Positions 19,158-29,219 are shown, numbered from the stretch's first letter. The stretch is 64,000 bases of DNA from an uncultured Candidatus Bathyarchaeia archaeon (GCA_964544495.1 CAZJBY010000005.1:11081-75080), one strand, 5' to 3'. Program-made: numbers and translations. Notes: generated by a model from the letters alone, not told the origin.

Positions 19158-19218
19158 ATTTGGGTATTTTTATTTAAGCTTTTCAAAAATCAAGGAAAGC
19201 ATGGGAACTTTCGCGTCG

Positions 19219-20340
19219 TCAGCAGATTCTTGGAACAGGGTCGCCCACTGGACGCGCGATTATACGTTTGCCACCTACCGCCGTCTGCATGGCAACGCCC
19301 TTGAACTCGCCTGTGACTTCGCCGATTATCTCCGCGTCTTTGCCTTCAACGGTCTGCTTCAGCCAGTTCAGTAGCTGCTCCGCCTTAGCTGGCACCACGC
19401 CGATTATGATTTTTCCTTCGTTGCCAATTTCAAGCGGATCCAAACCCAGCATCTCAGACGCCACACGCACATCTTCTCTGATTGGAATTTTGTCCTCGTG
19501 GATTAGTATGCCGACTTCTGATTTTTCGCTGAACTCATTCAGGGCGTCAGCCAACCCGCCCCGCGTGGGGTCTTTTATGGCTACTGCGCCGCCGACTTCG
19601 CCGAGCATGCGCTGAATAAGCTTGTTCAGGGGTTTCACGTCGCTTTTTATTTCGCTTCCAAAGGTCAATCCCTGCTGCGCCGAGAGCACCGCTAAGCCGT
19701 GGTCGCCTAACGTGCCCAACACGATTACCTTGTCGCCCACACTCAGGTTAGAGTCCAGAAGCCAACGCGCCGCGAAACTGCTCCGATACTGCCTAACTAC
19801 TTTTAAGTTGTTTTCCAGCGCAGGGGTTCTTCTGCCGATTCCCGACACGTTCATCACACAACCGCCAAGGCTGCCCTTCTCAACCACTTTGGTGTCGCCC
19901 GTGACTATGCCCACACCCGCTTCAATGCAGGTTTGCCGCATGCTCACCAAAATCCGTTCAAAGTCAGAAAGCAGCAAGCCTTCCTCCAAAACCAGCCCGC
20001 ACGCCAAAGCGTACGGTTCCGCGCCTAGGCATGCGATGTCGTTTACGGTGCCTGAGATGGCTATGCGCCCGATGTCTCCGCCTGGGAAAAATATGGGCTT
20101 GACCGCGTGGGAGTCGCTCTTAAGCACTATGTTGCCTACGACAGCCGCGTCATCCATGGCTTCAAGCGGAACCTCCGCGTTGCCTATGCCCCCGAAATAC
20201 TTCACCACGTAATTCTTGACCAAATCGTGCATGACGGTGCCGCCAGCGCCGTGCAGCATGGTTATTGCGTCTTTTTTCTCTGTCACTTCAGTCCCTTCTC
20301 GGTTGGGATAAGTAACTTTAAGGGTGAAACATAAACACAT
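19219..20340 (-). CDS. hypE: hydrogenase maturation protein HypE
   Basis: PurM-like fold. C-terminal ...PVPRIC motif. The N-terminus is probably shorter (GTG at 20286, before ITMLHGAGG). Confidence 0.88.
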   Translation of the reverse strand: MCLCFTLKVTYPNREGTEVTEKKDAITMLHGAGGTVMHDLVKNYVVKYFGGIGNAEVPLEAMDDAAVVGNIVLKSDSHAVKPIFFPGGDIGRIAISGTVNDIACLGAEPYALACGLVLEEGLLLSDFERILVSMRQTCIEAGVGIVTGDTKVVEKGSLGGCVMNVSGIGRRTPALENNLKVVRQYRSSFAARWLLDSNLSVGDKVIVLGTLGDHGLAVLSAQQGLTFGSEIKSDVKPLNKLIQRMLGEVGGAVAIKDPTRGGLADALNEFSEKSEVGILIHEDKIPIREDVRVASEMLGLDPLEIGNEGKIIIGVVPAKAEQLLNWLKQTVEGKDAEIIGEVTGEFKGVAMQTAVGGKRIIARPVGDPVPRIC

Positions 20341-20501
20341 CGTAGACGCAGTCGAAAATCGCTCATGTCAACCCGTGTTTTTCGCAAAACTAATAAAAGG
20401 CAACGCGCTTTTTAAAACCGTACACCTCACGTTCCGAACAGTCCTACACGCAGGACTTACCCACATTCAGCGTAGCTCAAACTAGTTTTGATACGGAAAG
20501 C

Positions 20502-20510
20502 CATATAAAT
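20502..20510 (+). promoter_or_regulatory. TATA-like box for the ribosomal-protein operon
   Basis: CATATAAAT lies ~20-25 nt upstream of ATG 20529 and ~50 nt upstream of ATG 20559. Confidence 0.35.
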
Positions 20511-20558
20511 CGCCATTACGCTGTTGAAATGCGCACTAAACAATCGGAGAAACGTAAA

Positions 20559-21047
20559 ATGCCAAAATGGGGATATTCCATAATCGAAGAAGAACTGGAT
20601 CCTGAAAAAACAGCGAAAGCCAGCGGCAGAGAGATCAGAGTATCCCACAAGCACGCCCGAGAAGTGTGCAAAACAATCAAAGGCATGACGCTCTCCAAAG
20701 CTAAAACTTACCTTAGAGACGTAATGGAAAAGAGGAAAGCGGTTCCCTTCCGCAGGTACAATAAGAAACTGGGGCACCGTGGCGGACTGGAAAAAGGTTT
20801 TGCGGGAAGATACCCGGTGAAAGCAGCGTATCAAATCCTGCGCGTGGTTGAAGGAGCAGAAGCCAACGCGGAAAACAAAGGCTTAGATTTAGACAAACTC
20901 CGCATACTCCACGCCGCCGCCTACCCAGGAATGAAAATCAAACGATTCATGCCCAGAGCTCACGGAAGATCCTCGCCGAGATACGAGACCACAACGCACA
21001 TCGAGATTGTTTTAGACGAAAAGTCTGGGCAAGGGGAAGTATTTTAA
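20559..21047 (+). CDS. rpl22: 50S ribosomal protein uL22
   Basis: MPKWGYSIIEEELDPEKTAKASGREIRVSHKHA matches the archaeal L22 N-terminus. An in-frame upstream ATG at 20529 is also possible (leaderless). Confidence 0.88.
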   Translation: MPKWGYSIIEEELDPEKTAKASGREIRVSHKHAREVCKTIKGMTLSKAKTYLRDVMEKRKAVPFRRYNKKLGHRGGLEKGFAGRYPVKAAYQILRVVEGAEANAENKGLDLDKLRILHAAAYPGMKIKRFMPRAHGRSSPRYETTTHIEIVLDEKSGQGEVF

Positions 21048-21952
21048 TGTCCATCGTAAAACGTTTTATAACCGAAGCCATCAAAAAAACCGAAATAGAC
21101 GAGTTTCTGCAAAAAAAGCTTGAACGTGCCGGATACGGCGGAGTTGACATTTCCAAGACCCCGCTGGGAACACACGTGGTCATCTACGCCATGCGACCTG
21201 GCATAGTTATAGGACGTGGCGGAGAAACAATAAAAGACCTCGCCACCACTTTAGAAGAAAACTTTAAACTTTCAAACCCACAGATTTCTGTCTCAGAAAT
21301 CGAGGTTCCTGAATTCAACGCTTTTGTTGTCGCGTCCCGCGTGTCCTCCGCCCTGCAAAGAGGTGTGCACTTCAGACGCGCTGGTTTTTGGGCTCTGAAC
21401 CAAGTTATGGACGCAGGCGCGTTAGGCGCAGAAATCGTGATAAGCGGCAAACTACGGACCGAAAGAGCACGTTTCGAAAAGTTTCGAGCAGGATATTTCC
21501 CGCGATGTGGCGAACCCGCATTGAAATACATGAAAAAAGCCGAAGCTCAAGTTCAGCTCAAACCCGGCATCATCGGTGTAAGAGTCAAGATAATGCCTCC
21601 AGACGCGCAGTTTCCAGACAAAATCAAAATTACCGAGGAGCTGCCGCCTGAGGAAACTGAGGAGACAGTAGCAGAAAAAGAGGAAACGCCTGAGGTAATT
21701 TCAGAGCAGGAAGTGAACGTGGAAGAACTGCCTGAAGAGCCCGCTGAAGCAGTTGAAGAAAAAGCGGTTGAAGAAGCTGAAGCGGAAGAAAAAGCGCCCG
21801 TTGAAGAGACAGCGCCAGCGAAAGCGGAAGAGGTAGTTGAAACCTCAGAGGAAGTAGAAGAGAAAGCTGAAGAGACTGCTAACGAACCGGCTGAAGAAAC
21901 ACCACCAGAAACCGCGAAAGAACCGGCTGAAGAAAAGGAGGCAAAAGAGTAA
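21047..21952 (+). CDS. rps3: 30S ribosomal protein uS3 with a ~100-aa acidic C-terminal tail
   Basis: KH-domain core (GIVIGRGGETIKDL) and operon position. The tail is E/A/P-rich. Confidence 0.9.
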   Translation: MSIVKRFITEAIKKTEIDEFLQKKLERAGYGGVDISKTPLGTHVVIYAMRPGIVIGRGGETIKDLATTLEENFKLSNPQISVSEIEVPEFNAFVVASRVSSALQRGVHFRRAGFWALNQVMDAGALGAEIVISGKLRTERARFEKFRAGYFPRCGEPALKYMKKAEAQVQLKPGIIGVRVKIMPPDAQFPDKIKITEELPPEETEETVAEKEETPEVISEQEVNVEELPEEPAEAVEEKAVEEAEAEEKAPVEETAPAKAEEVVETSEEVEEKAEETANEPAEETPPETAKEPAEEKEAKE

Positions 21953-22216
21953 GTGCCCATCATTCGACTGAAAGACATCAAAGACATGTCTGCTGAAGAA
22001 CGCGCTAAGAAAGTCTCTGAACTCAGAACGGAGTTGGCTAGGCTAAAAACCATGGTCAGAGCGGGTGGTGCCGTTGAAAACCCCGCTCGGATACGAGAGC
22101 TGCGTAAGGCAATCGCTCAGATTCTCACAATAGCGCATGAAGACAAGCTGGGGCTTAGAAAAAAGGAAGAAAAAACCGCTAAGAAAAAAGGTAAAAAGGA
22201 GAAGAAAACCAAGTGA
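21953..22216 (+). CDS. rpl29: 50S ribosomal protein uL29 with a K-rich tail
   Basis: SAEERAKKVSELRTELARLK, plus operon position. Confidence 0.85.
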   Translation: MPIIRLKDIKDMSAEERAKKVSELRTELARLKTMVRAGGAVENPARIRELRKAIAQILTIAHEDKLGLRKKEEKTAKKKGKKEKKTK

Positions 22217-22494
22217 AAGTAACCTCAGACATCATACGTCACGAGTTCATCGGAACTGAAGGAAAAATCGCCAGAAGCCCGCATGCGGGTTACGTTGGCA
22301 TACGCGGCGAGGTAATTGACGAAACAAAAAACACTTTCACGATTCTGCAGAAAGGGAAAGCCAAAAGTGTAGTTAAAAACTTGGCGGTTTTCAACTTTAA
22401 GTTTTCCGACGGAACCATCGTAGAAATCGACGGCAAACTTTTGGTTGGGCGACCTGAAGACCGTCTCAAAAAAACCGTGAAGAGGTTATGGTAA
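22213..22494 (+). CDS. rnp1: RNase P protein component 1 (Rpp29/Pop4)
   Basis: FIGTEGKIARS...GIRGEVIDETKNTF...GRPEDRLKK, in the canonical position between L29 and S17. Confidence 0.85.
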   Translation: MKVTSDIIRHEFIGTEGKIARSPHAGYVGIRGEVIDETKNTFTILQKGKAKSVVKNLAVFNFKFSDGTIVEIDGKLLVGRPEDRLKKTVKRLW

Positions 22495-22811
22495 TGTCTC
22501 TAACTTTTAAGAAACCAAAGAAATCCTGCGACGACCCAAACTGCCCGTTCCACGGAACGCTGTCTGTGAGAGGCCGCGTTTTAGACGGCGTCGTTGCCAC
22601 CGCGAAAATGGATAAAACAGTTGTAGTGGAACGTGAGTACCTTCAATTCTCACCTAAATTCGTGAGGTACGAGAGAAGGCGCGGTCACATTCCTTCGCAT
22701 AATCCGCCGTGCATAGACGCAAAAGAAGGCGACCACGTAAGAATCGCGGAATGCCGTCCCATCAGCAAAACCGTAGCCTTCGTTGTCGTGGAGAAACTGG
22801 AGGAGAAGTAA
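22488..22811 (+). CDS. rps17: 30S ribosomal protein uS17
   Basis: [16 protein letters not shown]...[10 protein letters not shown], plus operon position. Confidence 0.9.
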   Translation: MVMSLTFKKPKKSCDDPNCPFHGTLSVRGRVLDGVVATAKMDKTVVVEREYLQFSPKFVRYERRRGHIPSHNPPCIDAKEGDHVRIAECRPISKTVAFVVVEKLEEK

Positions 22812-22812
22812 C

Positions 22813-23253
22813 ATGGCGGCGAAAGCAAAACAACGTGCGCTCATCGCAAAAGGCATGCTTTCCCACGGACAGAAAGTTACGCGAGGACTTTTAGCGGGCT
22901 CTAAACTGAGGTGCACAGATAACACTGGAGCCCGAGTGCTGCGTTTAATCCAAGTCATGGGCTATAAAGGTCGATTAAGACGCTATCCTTCCGCCACAGT
23001 AGGCGACAAAGTAACCGTTTCGGTTAGGCAAGGGTCACCCGACATGCGAAAGAAGATTTTCCAAGCGGTGATTGTGAGGCAGAGGAAGCCTTACAAAAGA
23101 ATTGATGGCGTTTGGGTTCAGTTTGAAGATAACGCTGCGGTGATAATCACTCCTGATGGTGAAATGAAAGGCTCGGAAATTCGCGGTCCCGTGGCAAGAG
23201 AGGCTGCTGAAAGATGGCCGCGAATAGCAAGTGCCTCAAGTATAATAGTGTAG
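22813..23253 (+). CDS. rpl14: 50S ribosomal protein uL14
   Basis: ATG 22813 directly follows the S17 stop. [12 protein letters not shown]...[13 protein letters not shown]. Confidence 0.9.
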   Translation: MAAKAKQRALIAKGMLSHGQKVTRGLLAGSKLRCTDNTGARVLRLIQVMGYKGRLRRYPSATVGDKVTVSVRQGSPDMRKKIFQAVIVRQRKPYKRIDGVWVQFEDNAAVIITPDGEMKGSEIRGPVAREAAERWPRIASASSIIV

Positions 23254-23262
23254 GGGAATGGC

Positions 23263-23961
23263 ATGCAAAAAACAAAACGAGTAAAAGACCCGCGAAAACA
23301 GCGAAAACGGCTCTATAATGCACCTGCGCACCTGCGTCACAAGATGATGGCGGCTCCTCTCGCGCCCGAACTCATCTCAAAAGGCGCCAAGACCCTTCCA
23401 GTCAGGAAAGGCGACACCGTTCGCGTGGTGCGCGGAGACCACATCGGGTTCGAAGGAAAAGTGAACCGCGTAGACTTGAAGAGGTACCGCATAACCCTAG
23501 AGGGCTTGACACGCGAGAAGGTTGACGGAACCAATATCTTTGTTTCAATACATCCATCAAAAGTCATGATAAAAAGCCTGAAGCTAGACGACAAATGGCG
23601 AAAAGCAATTCTCGAAAACAAGAAGCAAATAGCGGCAAAGAAAGAAACAAAAGTAGAGAAAGTCGTGGAGAAGCCTCCGAAGAAAACGAAAGCCGTGAAA
23701 ACTATAAAGAAAGCGGAACCCGTTAAGGAAAAGACGGCGGCTAAAGAGAAACCTGCAGAAAAAGCGCCAGCAGCAGCAAAGAAAAGAGTGCAGAAAAAGC
23801 CCGTTGCAAAAAAGGAAAAAGAAGAAAAACCAGTCGTAAAAAAGAAAGCGCCCTCTGCGGCTAAAAAGGCTCCTCTTGAAAAAGAAAAGAAATCTAAGAC
23901 AGTGAAGAAAACACCAGCTAAACGAAAGACCGCAGCTTCGAAAAAGAAAGGAGAAACGTAA
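23263..23961 (+). CDS. rpl24: 50S ribosomal protein uL24 with a ~115-aa lysine-rich C-terminal extension
   Basis: KOW motif VRKGDTVRVVRGDHIGFEGKV. The tail is K/A/E/P low complexity. Confidence 0.88.
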   Translation: MQKTKRVKDPRKQRKRLYNAPAHLRHKMMAAPLAPELISKGAKTLPVRKGDTVRVVRGDHIGFEGKVNRVDLKRYRITLEGLTREKVDGTNIFVSIHPSKVMIKSLKLDDKWRKAILENKKQIAAKKETKVEKVVEKPPKKTKAVKTIKKAEPVKEKTAAKEKPAEKAPAAAKKRVQKKPVAKKEKEEKPVVKKKAPSAAKKAPLEKEKKSKTVKKTPAKRKTAASKKKGET

Positions 23962-23962
23962 T

Positions 23963-24730
23963 TTGGGCAAGAAAGGAAAAGTAGGAAGATTAAAACGGAA
24001 GCCAGCTCCAAGGTTCTGGCCGATTCACAGAAAAGAAGCAGTTTGGATAGTGCGTCCTTCACCTGGACCTCACTCTCTTGAGAAGTGTTTACCTCTTTCA
24101 CTTGTTCTCCGTGACATTCTAGGATTAGCGGAGACGAGGAAAGAAGCCAAAAAGATAATCGGGCAGGGTAAAGTTTACGTTGACGGAAAAGTCAGGCGCA
24201 AAGACGATTTTCCCGTAGGTTTGATGGATGTTATCTCGATGCCTGACTTGAACAAGTTTTACAGGATACTGCCTTCACATAAGGGTCTATTTCTTAGTCC
24301 AATCGGTAAAGAAGAAGCCGATTTCAAGCTGCTCAGAGTTGAAGATAAAACCATAGCCAAGAATGGAAATTTGCAGATTGCTTTCCATGATGGATCGAAC
24401 CTGCTTGTGAAAATGGAAGACTCTGAAAGCCCGGAGAAAGTCGTTTACGAAACTTTTGACACGTTGAAACTTGGTCTTCCAGAAAAACAAGTGCTTGATA
24501 AACTGAAAACCAAGAAAGGCAACATCGCCGTTATAACGGGCGGAAAGAACATTGGAAAACAGGGCAAAATCGTCGAGGTCGAAAAAACTGAAGCGAAGAA
24601 ACGCAGAAACGCTCTTGTGGTGATTGAGGACGAAAAAGGTAATCGTTACCAAACAATTTTAGATTTTGTCTTTTCAGTAGGTGGAGCCAAATCTCTCATA
24701 TCTTTACCGGAGGCGACTGCCGTTGTCTGA
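23963..24730 (+). CDS. rps4e: 30S ribosomal protein eS4
   Basis: GRLKRKPAPRFWPIHRKE...VYVDGKVRRKDDFPVGLMDVI. Confidence 0.9.
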   Translation: MGKKGKVGRLKRKPAPRFWPIHRKEAVWIVRPSPGPHSLEKCLPLSLVLRDILGLAETRKEAKKIIGQGKVYVDGKVRRKDDFPVGLMDVISMPDLNKFYRILPSHKGLFLSPIGKEEADFKLLRVEDKTIAKNGNLQIAFHDGSNLLVKMEDSESPEKVVYETFDTLKLGLPEKQVLDKLKTKKGNIAVITGGKNIGKQGKIVEVEKTEAKKRRNALVVIEDEKGNRYQTILDFVFSVGGAKSLISLPEATAVV

Positions 24731-24737
24731 GGAGGAA

Positions 24738-25262
24738 GTGCTTAAGAGATGGGAGAAGCAGCCGATGCTTAACCCCCGCATCGACAAAGTTGTCGTTAAT
24801 CTCAACATTGGGAAATCAGGTGAGCCACTGGAGAAAGCCTCCCGAGTGTTGAAGGAGTTGACGAATCAGAACCCCGTTAAGAGGCAAGCCAAGAAAACAA
24901 TAAGAGACTTTGGTTTAAGGAAAGGCGAGTCAATTGCTTGTGTCGTGACGCTGAGAAAGCAGGCGGCTATTGACTTCCTCAAGAAGGTTCTGCCAGTTGT
25001 CGATAACAGAATTTCTCGCTCGTCTTTTGACAGGCAAGGCAACTTTGCTTTCGGCATAAAAGAGCACATTGAAATAGCCGGTGTAAAGTATGAGCCTGAT
25101 GTGGGCATCTTCGGCATGGATGTCTGTGTTTCCGTGAATCGCCCGGGGCACCGCGTGAAAACCAGAAGAAAACAGAAAACTCACATTGGTTCCAAGCACT
25201 TGTTAACGCCTGACGAGTCAATTGTCTTCGTCAAGCAGATTCTGGGCGTTGAAATCGTATAG
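24738..25262 (+). CDS. rpl5: 50S ribosomal protein uL5
   Basis: [14 protein letters not shown]...[12 protein letters not shown] 24738 is preceded by GGAGGA. The ORF is open from 24681. Confidence 0.88.
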   Translation: MLKRWEKQPMLNPRIDKVVVNLNIGKSGEPLEKASRVLKELTNQNPVKRQAKKTIRDFGLRKGESIACVVTLRKQAAIDFLKKVLPVVDNRISRSSFDRQGNFAFGIKEHIEIAGVKYEPDVGIFGMDVCVSVNRPGHRVKTRRKQKTHIGSKHLLTPDESIVFVKQILGVEIV

Positions 25263-25275
25263 AGGAGAGGGATGT

Positions 25276-25440
25276 ATGGCTAAACAAAAAATGAAGAAAG
25301 AAAGGAAATACGGCAAAGGAGCAAGACCATGCGTTAGATGTGGCTCTTATGGGCCCGTTATCCGACGTTACAATTTATATTTATGTAGGCACTGTTTTAG
25401 GGAGGCAGCGCCTAAGCTTGGTTTCAAAAAATATGAGTGA
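25276..25440 (+). CDS. rps14: 30S ribosomal protein uS14 (zinc type)
   Basis: MAKQK...[25 protein letters not shown]. Confidence 0.9.
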   Translation: MAKQKMKKERKYGKGARPCVRCGSYGPVIRRYNLYLCRHCFREAAPKLGFKKYE

Positions 25441-25452
25441 TGAGGCAGCAAG

Positions 25453-25836
25453 ATGGACACTTTGACGAATGGCTTGATAACGGTCATAAACAACGAGATG
25501 CGCAACAAACGCGAGTGCATAATTAGTCCTGCCTCTAAGCTTTTAGGTCGCGTGTTAAGAATAATGCAGCTTAACGGTTACATAGGCGAGTTCGAGTTCA
25601 TCGATGATGGTCGCTCTGGAAAGTTCAAGGTGCAGCTTTTAGGCAGAATAAACAAGTGCGGTGCTATTAAGCCGCGTTTCTCCGTTAAAGTCGGTGAGTT
25701 CGAGAACTGGGAGAAGAAGTTCTTGCCGTCAAGAGACGTTGGAATAATGGTTGTTTCAACTTCGAAAGGCGTGATAGCTCACAGGGAAGCTGAAGAAAAG
25801 AACATGGGAGGAAGGTTGCTAGCTTTCGTTTACTAG
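25453..25836 (+). CDS. rps8: 30S ribosomal protein uS8
   Basis: [18 protein letters not shown]...[17 protein letters not shown]. Confidence 0.9.
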   Translation: MDTLTNGLITVINNEMRNKRECIISPASKLLGRVLRIMQLNGYIGEFEFIDDGRSGKFKVQLLGRINKCGAIKPRFSVKVGEFENWEKKFLPSRDVGIMVVSTSKGVIAHREAEEKNMGGRLLAFVY

Positions 25837-25842
25837 GCGAGG

Positions 25843-26400
25843 TTGTTTTTGATGAGGCTGCCAGAAATCTCCAAAACCATTCAAGTTCCAGATGGCGTAG
25901 AAGTGAAAATCGACAAGCGGAAAGTCACGGTTAACGGCACCAAAGGAACTTTGCAACGTGACTTTTCTTACGTTCCAATATCAATTGAGGCTGAAGACGG
26001 CAAAAAAGTTCGCGTTTGGGCTGAGTGGCCTCGCAAGAAGGAAGCCTCTCTTGTGGGCACTATATACTCTCACATTCAAAACATGATCACTGGAGTTGAA
26101 AAGGGCTTTTCGTACAAGCTTAAAATCGTGTTCTCTCACTTTCCAATCTCAGTCAAGGTTCAAGACAAAACGGTTTCGATTGAAAACTTCACGGGTGAAA
26201 GGCGGGCGCGGAGATCAAAAATTATTGGTGATGTTCAGGTTAAAGTCGAAGGTGAAGACATAATTGTTGAAGGCATGAACTTGGAGGATGTCAGCCAAAC
26301 CGCCGCGAACATCGAGCAAGCCACGAAAGTGAAGAATAAGGACCCGCGCGTTTTCTTGGACGGCATATATGTGTATGAACGAAATGAGGGGATGCCATAA
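25843..26400 (+). CDS. rpl6: 50S ribosomal protein uL6
   Basis: Two-domain L6 pattern (VKIDKRKVTVNGTKG...YKLKIVFSHFPI) and operon position. Confidence 0.9.
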   Translation: MFLMRLPEISKTIQVPDGVEVKIDKRKVTVNGTKGTLQRDFSYVPISIEAEDGKKVRVWAEWPRKKEASLVGTIYSHIQNMITGVEKGFSYKLKIVFSHFPISVKVQDKTVSIENFTGERRARRSKIIGDVQVKVEGEDIIVEGMNLEDVSQTAANIEQATKVKNKDPRVFLDGIYVYERNEGMP

Positions 26401-27017
26401 TGGTAGAAAGAAAAGCTGCGCTCTCGCAAAAGGCGTTGAAAGCTAGAAAACGCGCTAAAAAGAAAAAGCCCGATTTCGTCAGGCCTGAAAGCTGGCGATA
26501 TGTGAAATTGAAGGAAAGCTGGCGTAGGCCTCGCGGGTTAGATAACAAGGTGCGCCGGAAGATTAAGGGGTGGCCGCCAGGTGTCAGCGTTGGCTATAAA
26601 GGACCAAAAAGCGCCCGAGGTCTTCACCCGTCTGGATTCAAGGAAGTTTTGGTGCATAAAGCGCAAGAAATTTCTAATATTGATCCGAAAACCGAGGCTG
26701 CCCGAATCGCGCACAGGGTTGGCAAAAGAAAACGGACGCAGATTATAGCTGAAGCCAAAAAACGCAAGGTCTCTATCCTGAACGTTACTTTGGCTCAGGA
26801 ACCGATTGCGAAAGAAGAGGCGCCGCCTGAAGAAGCAGAGGAGAAACCGGCAGAGAAAAAGAAGAAACCCGCAAAGAAAGAGGAGAAACCGAAGCGCAGA
26901 CTGCTCGGTAGAGGGAAAGCTCCCAAAAAGGAGCAGAAATCGCCAGCCAAGAAATCTGAGGAACCGAAGAAAGCACGAAAGAAAACTAAGGCTGAAAAAG
27001 GAGCTGAAAAACAATGA
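26400..27017 (+). CDS. rpl32e: 50S ribosomal protein eL32 with a ~70-aa K/E/P-rich tail
   Basis: KKPDFVRPESWRYVKLKESWRRPRGLDNKVRRK core, then a low-complexity basic tail. Confidence 0.88.
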   Translation: MVERKAALSQKALKARKRAKKKKPDFVRPESWRYVKLKESWRRPRGLDNKVRRKIKGWPPGVSVGYKGPKSARGLHPSGFKEVLVHKAQEISNIDPKTEAARIAHRVGKRKRTQIIAEAKKRKVSILNVTLAQEPIAKEEAPPEEAEEKPAEKKKKPAKKEEKPKRRLLGRGKAPKKEQKSPAKKSEEPKKARKKTKAEKGAEKQ

Positions 27018-27469
27018 CGAATCTAAGTAGTCAAAGGCGTTTGGCAGCGCAAATATTGAAAATCGGGCAGAACAGGGTGTGGATTGACCCTGAAAGAATG
27101 GATGATGTTGAATCGGCTATAACGCGGGAAGAGGTTAAAAAACTGATACATGAACGCGTCATTGTGTCTTTGCCTGAAAAAGGCGTGAGCAGGTCTCGAG
27201 CAAAAGCGGTTCGGGAAAAGAAGCGGATGGGTCGGCGTAAAGGCGCTGGCAGCCGCACTGGATCTCCACGCGCAAAGGTTTCCAAGAAAGAGGCGTGGAT
27301 GAGCAAGATTCGTTCTTTGAGGAAGAAGCTTCGAGAGTTGAAGGCAAGCAGGATTATCACGGAATCCACTTACAGAAAGGTGTACGCAATTGCTGGCAGC
27401 GGAAAATTCGAGTCGGTTGCAGAGTTAGAGCGGTACTTGAAGGCTAATGATTTTTGGAGGAAACGTTGA
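27014..27469 (+). CDS. rpl19e: 50S ribosomal protein eL19
   Basis: LSSQRRLAAQILKIGQNRVWIDP. Confidence 0.9.
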   Translation: MTNLSSQRRLAAQILKIGQNRVWIDPERMDDVESAITREEVKKLIHERVIVSLPEKGVSRSRAKAVREKKRMGRRKGAGSRTGSPRAKVSKKEAWMSKIRSLRKKLRELKASRIITESTYRKVYAIAGSGKFESVAELERYLKANDFWRKR

Positions 27470-28086
27470 TGGCGCGTGGTTCCACTTATCGGGTTCCGCC
27501 TAGGCGGCGAAGGGAAGGAAAGACTGATTATCAGGCGCGGAAAGCTCTGATTCTTTCTGGTAAGCCTAGGCTTGTTCCCCGAGGCACTGCTAAGAACTTT
27601 ACTGTTCAGATAATTGTTGCCAAGCCACAGGGTGATGAGGTTTTGGCCGCGGCTCACAGCAGGGAGTTGAAGAAGTACGGTTGGAAGACTCCCACCGGTA
27701 ATATTCCAGCAGCCTATCTTACGGGTTTGCTTTGCGGGTTGAAAGCTAAAAACAAAGAGGTCGCAGAGGCTATTCTGGACATTGGGTTGGTTGCGCCGAC
27801 GAAAGGTGCAAAGGTTTTTGCCGCGTTAAGCGGCGTTTTGGATGCTGGTGTAGATGTGCCTCACGATGAGAAGAAAATTGTTAAGGAACGTTCGGAAGGG
27901 AAACACGTAGCCGAGTACGGCAAGAACTTAGGCAGTGACTCTGAGGTTTACTCTGCCAAGTTTTCGAAATATTTGGGGCAGAAGCTTGCTCCTGAGAAGC
28001 TTCCTGAGCATATTGCAAAAGTTAAAGCTGACATCATAAAATCATTCGAAAAGAAAACTGAAAAGAAGAGTGGAAAGAAAGCATGA
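27469..28086 (+). CDS. rpl18: 50S ribosomal protein uL18
   Basis: MARGSTYRVPPRRRREGKTDY. The start overlaps the L19e stop (TGATG). Confidence 0.9.
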   Translation: MARGSTYRVPPRRRREGKTDYQARKALILSGKPRLVPRGTAKNFTVQIIVAKPQGDEVLAAAHSRELKKYGWKTPTGNIPAAYLTGLLCGLKAKNKEVAEAILDIGLVAPTKGAKVFAALSGVLDAGVDVPHDEKKIVKERSEGKHVAEYGKNLGSDSEVYSAKFSKYLGQKLAPEKLPEHIAKVKADIIKSFEKKTEKKSGKKA

Positions 28087-28730
28087 GTCGTAGGGACAGG
28101 GATAGAGGATCAGACAGTTTAGAGGAATGGGTTCCTAAAACACGTTTAGGCAAGATGATTCAAGAGGGCAAAGTCACGTCTATTGAAGAGGTTTTCCTGA
28201 GTGGCTTGAAGATTTCTGAGCCTCAGATTGTTGACTCGCTTCTTCCTGACCTGCAGGAGGAAGTGATCAACGTGAACTTGGTTCAGAAGCAGACGGACGC
28301 CGGTGAAAAATCCAGGTTCAAAGCTATTGTGGCTGTTGGAAACAGAGACGGCTACATAGGCTTGGGCTCGGGTAAAGCCAGCCAAGTGCGGAACGCAATT
28401 GAGAAAGCCTCAGCTAATGCGCGCTTGAACATCATCCCAGTTAAGCGTGGATGCGGAAGCTGGGAGTGCGGCTGCGGAAAACCTCACTCGGTGCCTTTCC
28501 AAGTTGAGGGCAAATGCGGCGGCGTGCGAGTGATCATTGTTCCAGGTCCCAGAGGCTTAGGGCTTGTGGCTAGCGAAGTGGCGAAGGTGATTTTAGGCTT
28601 GGCAGGCGTTAAGGACCTGTGGGTTAGAAGCCGCGGCTCCACACGGACGGTGCCGTCGTATGCCTGCGCGATTTTTGACGGGTTAAGAAAGACTTATGGC
28701 TTGGTTACTCAGGCGGACTGGGTGAGATAG
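28083..28730 (+). CDS. rps5: 30S ribosomal protein uS5
   Basis: EWVPKTRLGKMIQEGK...VAVGNRDGYIGLGSGKA. Confidence 0.9.
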   Translation: MSRRDRDRGSDSLEEWVPKTRLGKMIQEGKVTSIEEVFLSGLKISEPQIVDSLLPDLQEEVINVNLVQKQTDAGEKSRFKAIVAVGNRDGYIGLGSGKASQVRNAIEKASANARLNIIPVKRGCGSWECGCGKPHSVPFQVEGKCGGVRVIIVPGPRGLGLVASEVAKVILGLAGVKDLWVRSRGSTRTVPSYACAIFDGLRKTYGLVTQADWVR

Positions 28731-29219
28731 TTGACTGGAAAAGCTGACGAACGCAAGTGCTTCGCTGTGGTGAAAGTTCGAGGAACAATCAGCGCTCAGC
28801 GTGAAGCCAGAGAAACCCTAGAGATGCTTCGTTTAGCCAAGACTAACAATGCAGTGCTCATTGACGACCGCCCTTCGTACATAGGCATGCTGTACCGCGT
28901 GCAGAACTACGTCACATGGGGAGAAGCGTCAAAAGAGATCGTGGCGTTGATGCTGCAGAAACGCGGAAGGCTTGCCGGCGGCAAGAAGTTAACAGATGAA
29001 GCGTTGGAGACGCTGGGTTACAAGTCGATAGACGCGCTCGCCGAAGCCATCGCAAGCTGCAAAGTGGAGTTCCAGAAGCTTCCGAACGTGCAGCCAGTGT
29101 TCAAGCTGCATCCCCCAAAGAAAGGCTTCAAAGGAAAAACCAAGAAAAGCTTTGCCGCAGGCGGCGAAGCAGGCTACCGCGGCGAAAAAATCAGCGAACT
29201 CATAAAACGCATGGCATAG
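28731..29219 (+). CDS. rpl30: 50S ribosomal protein uL30
   Basis: AVVKVRGTISAQREARETLEMLRL, plus operon position. TTG start. Confidence 0.85.
   Translation: MTGKADERKCFAVVKVRGTISAQREARETLEMLRLAKTNNAVLIDDRPSYIGMLYRVQNYVTWGEASKEIVALMLQKRGRLAGGKKLTDEALETLGYKSIDALAEAIASCKVEFQKLPNVQPVFKLHPPKKGFKGKTKKSFAAGGEAGYRGEKISELIKRMA

Noticed and set aside
23337-24101. A 254-aa - strand ORF, along with 23584-23970, 26538-27014 and 21553-22053.
   Set aside because: These are antisense shadows of the K/E-rich low-complexity tails of uL24, eL32 and uS3. Their F/S-rich composition is typical of reverse-strand artefacts.
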